A DNA stretch of 29,669 bases from Chitinophagia bacterium (GTDB taxonomy: Bacteria > Bacteroidota > Bacteroidia > Chitinophagales > Chitinophagaceae). A program made the translations under genes and the position numbers. The stretch spans positions 1-29,669 of the forward strand of contig RGMU01000001.1 in the NCBI GenBank assembly GCA_010021705.1. The letters run 5' to 3'. Below the pieces are notes generated by a model, which made no database searches, was not told the DNA's origin, and worked only from the letters and a program-made list of their open reading frames with translations. Shown here piece by piece: positions 27,560 to 29,669 of this stretch (the first letter of the stretch is position 1; each line of letters begins with the position of its first letter).

Positions 27560-28285
27560 ATGCCGGCAAAACTATCGGTTAATATTAATAAAATAGCCAC
27601 CCTGCGCAATAGCCGCGGTGGCAATATACCCAATGTGGTAAAGACAGCCATTGATTGCCAAGCCTTTGGCGCAAACGGCATTACCGTGCACCCTCGCCCC
27701 GATGAACGGCACATACGCTACCAAGACGTGATGGATTTAGTGCCACATATTACCACCGAGTTTAACATTGAAGGCAATCCGCGCGAGGGCAAGTTTGTGG
27801 CATTGGTGCTGGCAGCAAAGCCTGCGCAAGTAACCTTAGTGCCCGATGCTCCGGGGCAGCTAACGTCTAATCATGGGTGGGATACGGTAAAAGAGCAGGA
27901 TTATCTAAAGCAGATAGTGAAGCAGTTTACCAATGCCGGCATACGCGTTTCGCTATTTATAGACCCCGTGCCCGCTATGGCTACCGCCGCAGCAGAAACG
28001 GGTGCTGCGCGTATAGAAATATATACCGAGCACTATGCCCGCTGCCATGAGCAAGGCAATGCTAACGAAGCACTTAATGCCTGCGTAGCCACCGCCAATG
28101 CAGCCCAAAAAGCAGGGCTAGCCGTGAATGCCGGGCACGACCTTAACCTGCAAAATCTAAGCACCCTTGCCCGCCACATTCCGTTTTTAGCCGAAGTGTC
28201 TATTGGTCATGCGCTGATAGCCGATGCGCTATACTATGGCTTGCACAATACTATACAAATGTATCAAAGAGCATTGGCTGTATAG
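27560..28285 (+). CDS. pdxJ: Pyridoxine 5'-phosphate synthase
   Basis: LSVNINKIATLRNSR, GITVHPRPDERHI, NIEG, VTLVPD, SLFIDP, VNAGHDL and EVSIGHALI. Confidence 0.96.
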   Translation: MPAKLSVNINKIATLRNSRGGNIPNVVKTAIDCQAFGANGITVHPRPDERHIRYQDVMDLVPHITTEFNIEGNPREGKFVALVLAAKPAQVTLVPDAPGQLTSNHGWDTVKEQDYLKQIVKQFTNAGIRVSLFIDPVPAMATAAAETGAARIEIYTEHYARCHEQGNANEALNACVATANAAQKAGLAVNAGHDLNLQNLSTLARHIPFLAEVSIGHALIADALYYGLHNTIQMYQRALAV

Positions 28286-28304
28286 GGTATAGATAGGGTA
28301 AGTC

Positions 28305-28335
28305 AAAAAAGCCGCCCTTTTAGTAAAGGACGGCT
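28305..28335 (-). terminator. Terminator hairpin between the convergent pdxJ and dinB
   Basis: A6, then AGCCGCCCTTT-tagt-AAAGGACGGCT (one mismatch). Confidence 0.7.
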
Positions 28336-28366
28336 AAACAAGTTTTAAACGCTATTTATGGCATGC

Positions 28367-28900
28367 TTAGTTGGCTTCTGCTGCCTTTGGCGCACCCATC
28401 ATAGGGGCATCGGCAGTGGGTCCGTACATACCCGGTACCGCTACATTGATTAAACGCAAATACACGCTTAATTGCCCGCGGTGGTGAAACAAATGGCTGT
28501 AGCTAAAGGAGCGTAGCACGGCTATTTTGGGTAGCGTAAAAAATACATGGTCGCCGTGGCGCAAAGTCCAAGTCTTATACAGGTCGGCTTCGGTGCAGCC
28601 TTCTAAGCAAGCTATGGCAGCAGCCACCTTAGAGTCTTGCAAGGCAAGCAAATCGTCAACAGACGTAGCAGTATAAGGCTTAAATTCGCGTGCAGCAAAG
28701 TCAAGCTCGTCAGCCCCGATAATGGTGTTTGTCCAGCCGGAAATTTCAGCAATGTGTGTAGCCAATCTACCTAAAGACATTGACTTTTCGTGAGGCTTAA
28801 AGTCTGAATGCTCAAAAGGAACGGTGGCAAGCATTTTGCGCGTGTTGGCTGCTTCCATTTGCATTTCCATAATAAACGATTGTAGTGGTCCGATACCCAT
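28367..28900 (-). CDS. DinB family protein (second copy)
   Basis: FKPHEKSMSLGRLATHIAE and HLFHHRGQLSVYLR...PG.YGP. Confidence 0.9.
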   Translation of the reverse strand: MGIGPLQSFIMEMQMEAANTRKMLATVPFEHSDFKPHEKSMSLGRLATHIAEISGWTNTIIGADELDFAAREFKPYTATSVDDLLALQDSKVAAAIACLEGCTEADLYKTWTLRHGDHVFFTLPKIAVLRSFSYSHLFHHRGQLSVYLRLINVAVPGMYGPTADAPMMGAPKAAEAN

Positions 28901-28938
28901 AAAATAATAATTTTATGGCAAGGATAAACTCCGCTTCA

Positions 28939-28997
28939 ATACCTGACCATAGAAAGTAGCTATACTACATTTTACAGAAAATAATTTTGTGGTATCA
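28939..28997 (+). repeat. 59-bp segment repeated exactly at 29611-29669 (window end)
   Basis: atacctgaccatagaaagtagctatactacattttacagaaaataattttgtggtatca is identical at both positions, offset 672. Confidence 0.95.
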
Positions 28998-29015
28998 AAA
29001 AGAATAGTATCTTTG
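28986..29015 (+). promoter_or_regulatory. Complete Bacteroidota promoter (TTTG ... TATCTTTG) upstream of tRNA-like copy 1
   Basis: -33 TTTG at 28986-28989 and -7 TATCTTTG at 29008-29015. Confidence 0.75.
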
Positions 29016-29054
29016 CGCGCCGTTTGAAAAAGCGGTATAGTTTTTATAGTTTTT

Positions 29055-29127
29055 GATCTCGTAGCTCACTTGGTAGAGCATCCCGCTTTTTGCGGGAGGG
29101 TCTTGGGTTTTAGTCCCAAAGGTATCA
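29055..29127 (+). pseudogene. Degenerate tRNA-Lys(TTT)-like element, copy 1 (73 nt), with palindromic anticodon arm
   Basis: GATCTCG TA GCTC ACTTGGTA GAGC A TCCCG CTTTTTG CGGGA GGGTC TTGGG TTTTAGT CCCAA AGGTATC A. Cloverleaf spacing is intact. However, the T-loop TTCG is changed to TTTT, position 37 is T, and the acceptor stem has two mismatches. Confidence 0.8.
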
Positions 29128-29136
29128 CGCGAGTTT

Positions 29137-29165
29137 AAAAAGCTGTCCAAAAGGTCAGCTTTTTT
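29137..29165 (+). terminator. Terminator after tRNA-like copy 1, 5 nt upstream of the GIY-YIG ATG
   Basis: AAAAA GCTGTCC aaaa GGTCAGC TTTTTT. Confidence 0.75.
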
Positions 29166-29170
29166 GTTAT

Positions 29171-29425
29171 ATGGCGTTTGTGTACATTCTATTTTCAGCT
29201 AAATTGAACAAGTATTATGTTGGCGCATGTACCAACCTTGAAAGGCGTTTATATGAACATAATATTGGTCATTCTACTTTTACGGCAACAGGCACCCCAT
29301 GGGAATTGAAATACACTGAAACTTATAACTCTTTACCGGATGCCAAGAAAAGGGAATTGGAAATCAAGAAAAAGAAATCAAGGGCTTATATTGAAAAACT
29401 CGTAGCCCAGAATAAACGACAGTAG
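29171..29425 (+). CDS. Small stand-alone GIY-YIG nuclease (84 aa)
   Basis: FVYIL.S...KYYVG (GIY-YIG hairpin), LERRL.EHN (catalytic Arg), T....PW.L.Y.E, and A..RE..IK (catalytic Glu). Confidence 0.93.
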   Translation: MAFVYILFSAKLNKYYVGACTNLERRLYEHNIGHSTFTATGTPWELKYTETYNSLPDAKKRELEIKKKKSRAYIEKLVAQNKRQ

Positions 29426-29516
29426 TGGTACGATACCATAAAAATAATAATTTTGCGGTATCAAAAATAATCGTATCGCTGCGCTCCCTTAGAAAAAGGA
29501 AAGTTCTTTTATTATT

Positions 29517-29573
29517 GATATCGTAGCTCAGTTGGTAGAGCATCCCGCTTTTTGCGGGAGGGTCTTGGGTTTT
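29517..29573 (+). pseudogene. tRNA-Lys-like element, copy 2, truncated in the T-loop
   Basis: 55/57 identical to 29055-29111, including the same TCCCGCTTTTTGCGGGA arm at 29543-29559. No 3' half of the T or acceptor stem. Confidence 0.8.
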
Positions 29574-29610
29574 GCGCTGATAGGCTATGGTAGCAGCCAC
29601 CTTAGCTGCC

Positions 29611-29669
29611 ATACCTGACCATAGAAAGTAGCTATACTACATTTTACAGAAAATAATTTTGTGGTATCA
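29611..29669 (+). repeat. Exact copy of 28939-28997; the start of a probable third repeat unit running off the window
   Basis: 59/59 identity; the sequence ends inside the repeat. Confidence 0.9.

Noticed and set aside
11348-28900. Two DinB-family genes in one window as a single system
   Set aside because: They are 17 kb apart, belong to divergent subfamilies and share no context. DinB paralogs are abundant in this phylum.
29055-29127. Calling copy 1 a functional tRNA-Lys
   Set aside because: The T-loop lacks TTC, position 37 is not a purine, G in the D-loop AG is changed to C, and the acceptor stem has two mismatches.
29364-29612. Minus-strand 82-aa ORF
   Set aside because: It crosses the tRNA-like repeat and the GIY-YIG 3' end. 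MAAKVAA...IAY derives from the duplicated dinB fragment, so it is not a coherent gene.

Overview
Mostly core-genome DNA from a Bacteroidota bacterium, probably Chitinophagales. This is inferred from TAnnTTTG promoter elements, T9SS type A and type B C-terminal sorting domains, an S46 peptidase and M43 proteases. Left to right: a six-bladed NHL-repeat protein on the minus strand that runs off the window (missing from the ORF track), mtgA, a degenerate CHAD-like ORF, suhB, tRNA-His, a small hypothetical, a K+-dependent membrane pyrophosphatase, a DPP11-type S46 peptidase, a type B T9SS cargo, DinB, a small poly-Asp protein, a lipoprotein class D beta-lactamase-like protein, pth, mlaD, an OstA-like protein, an orphan receiver domain, three type A T9SS cargos (two are tandem M43 proteases), a DegT aminotransferase, an rmlC with an apparent in-frame 15-aa deletion, an ABC-2 permease, pdxJ and a second DinB. 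The strongest candidate for an undescribed system is the last ~800 bp. There a small GIY-YIG nuclease gene is flanked by two degenerate tRNA-Lys(UUU)-like elements carrying an identical 17-bp palindrome as anticodon arm, inside a mosaic of tandemly re-duplicated local sequence that continues off the window. All family calls are from motif recognition only; no database search was run.
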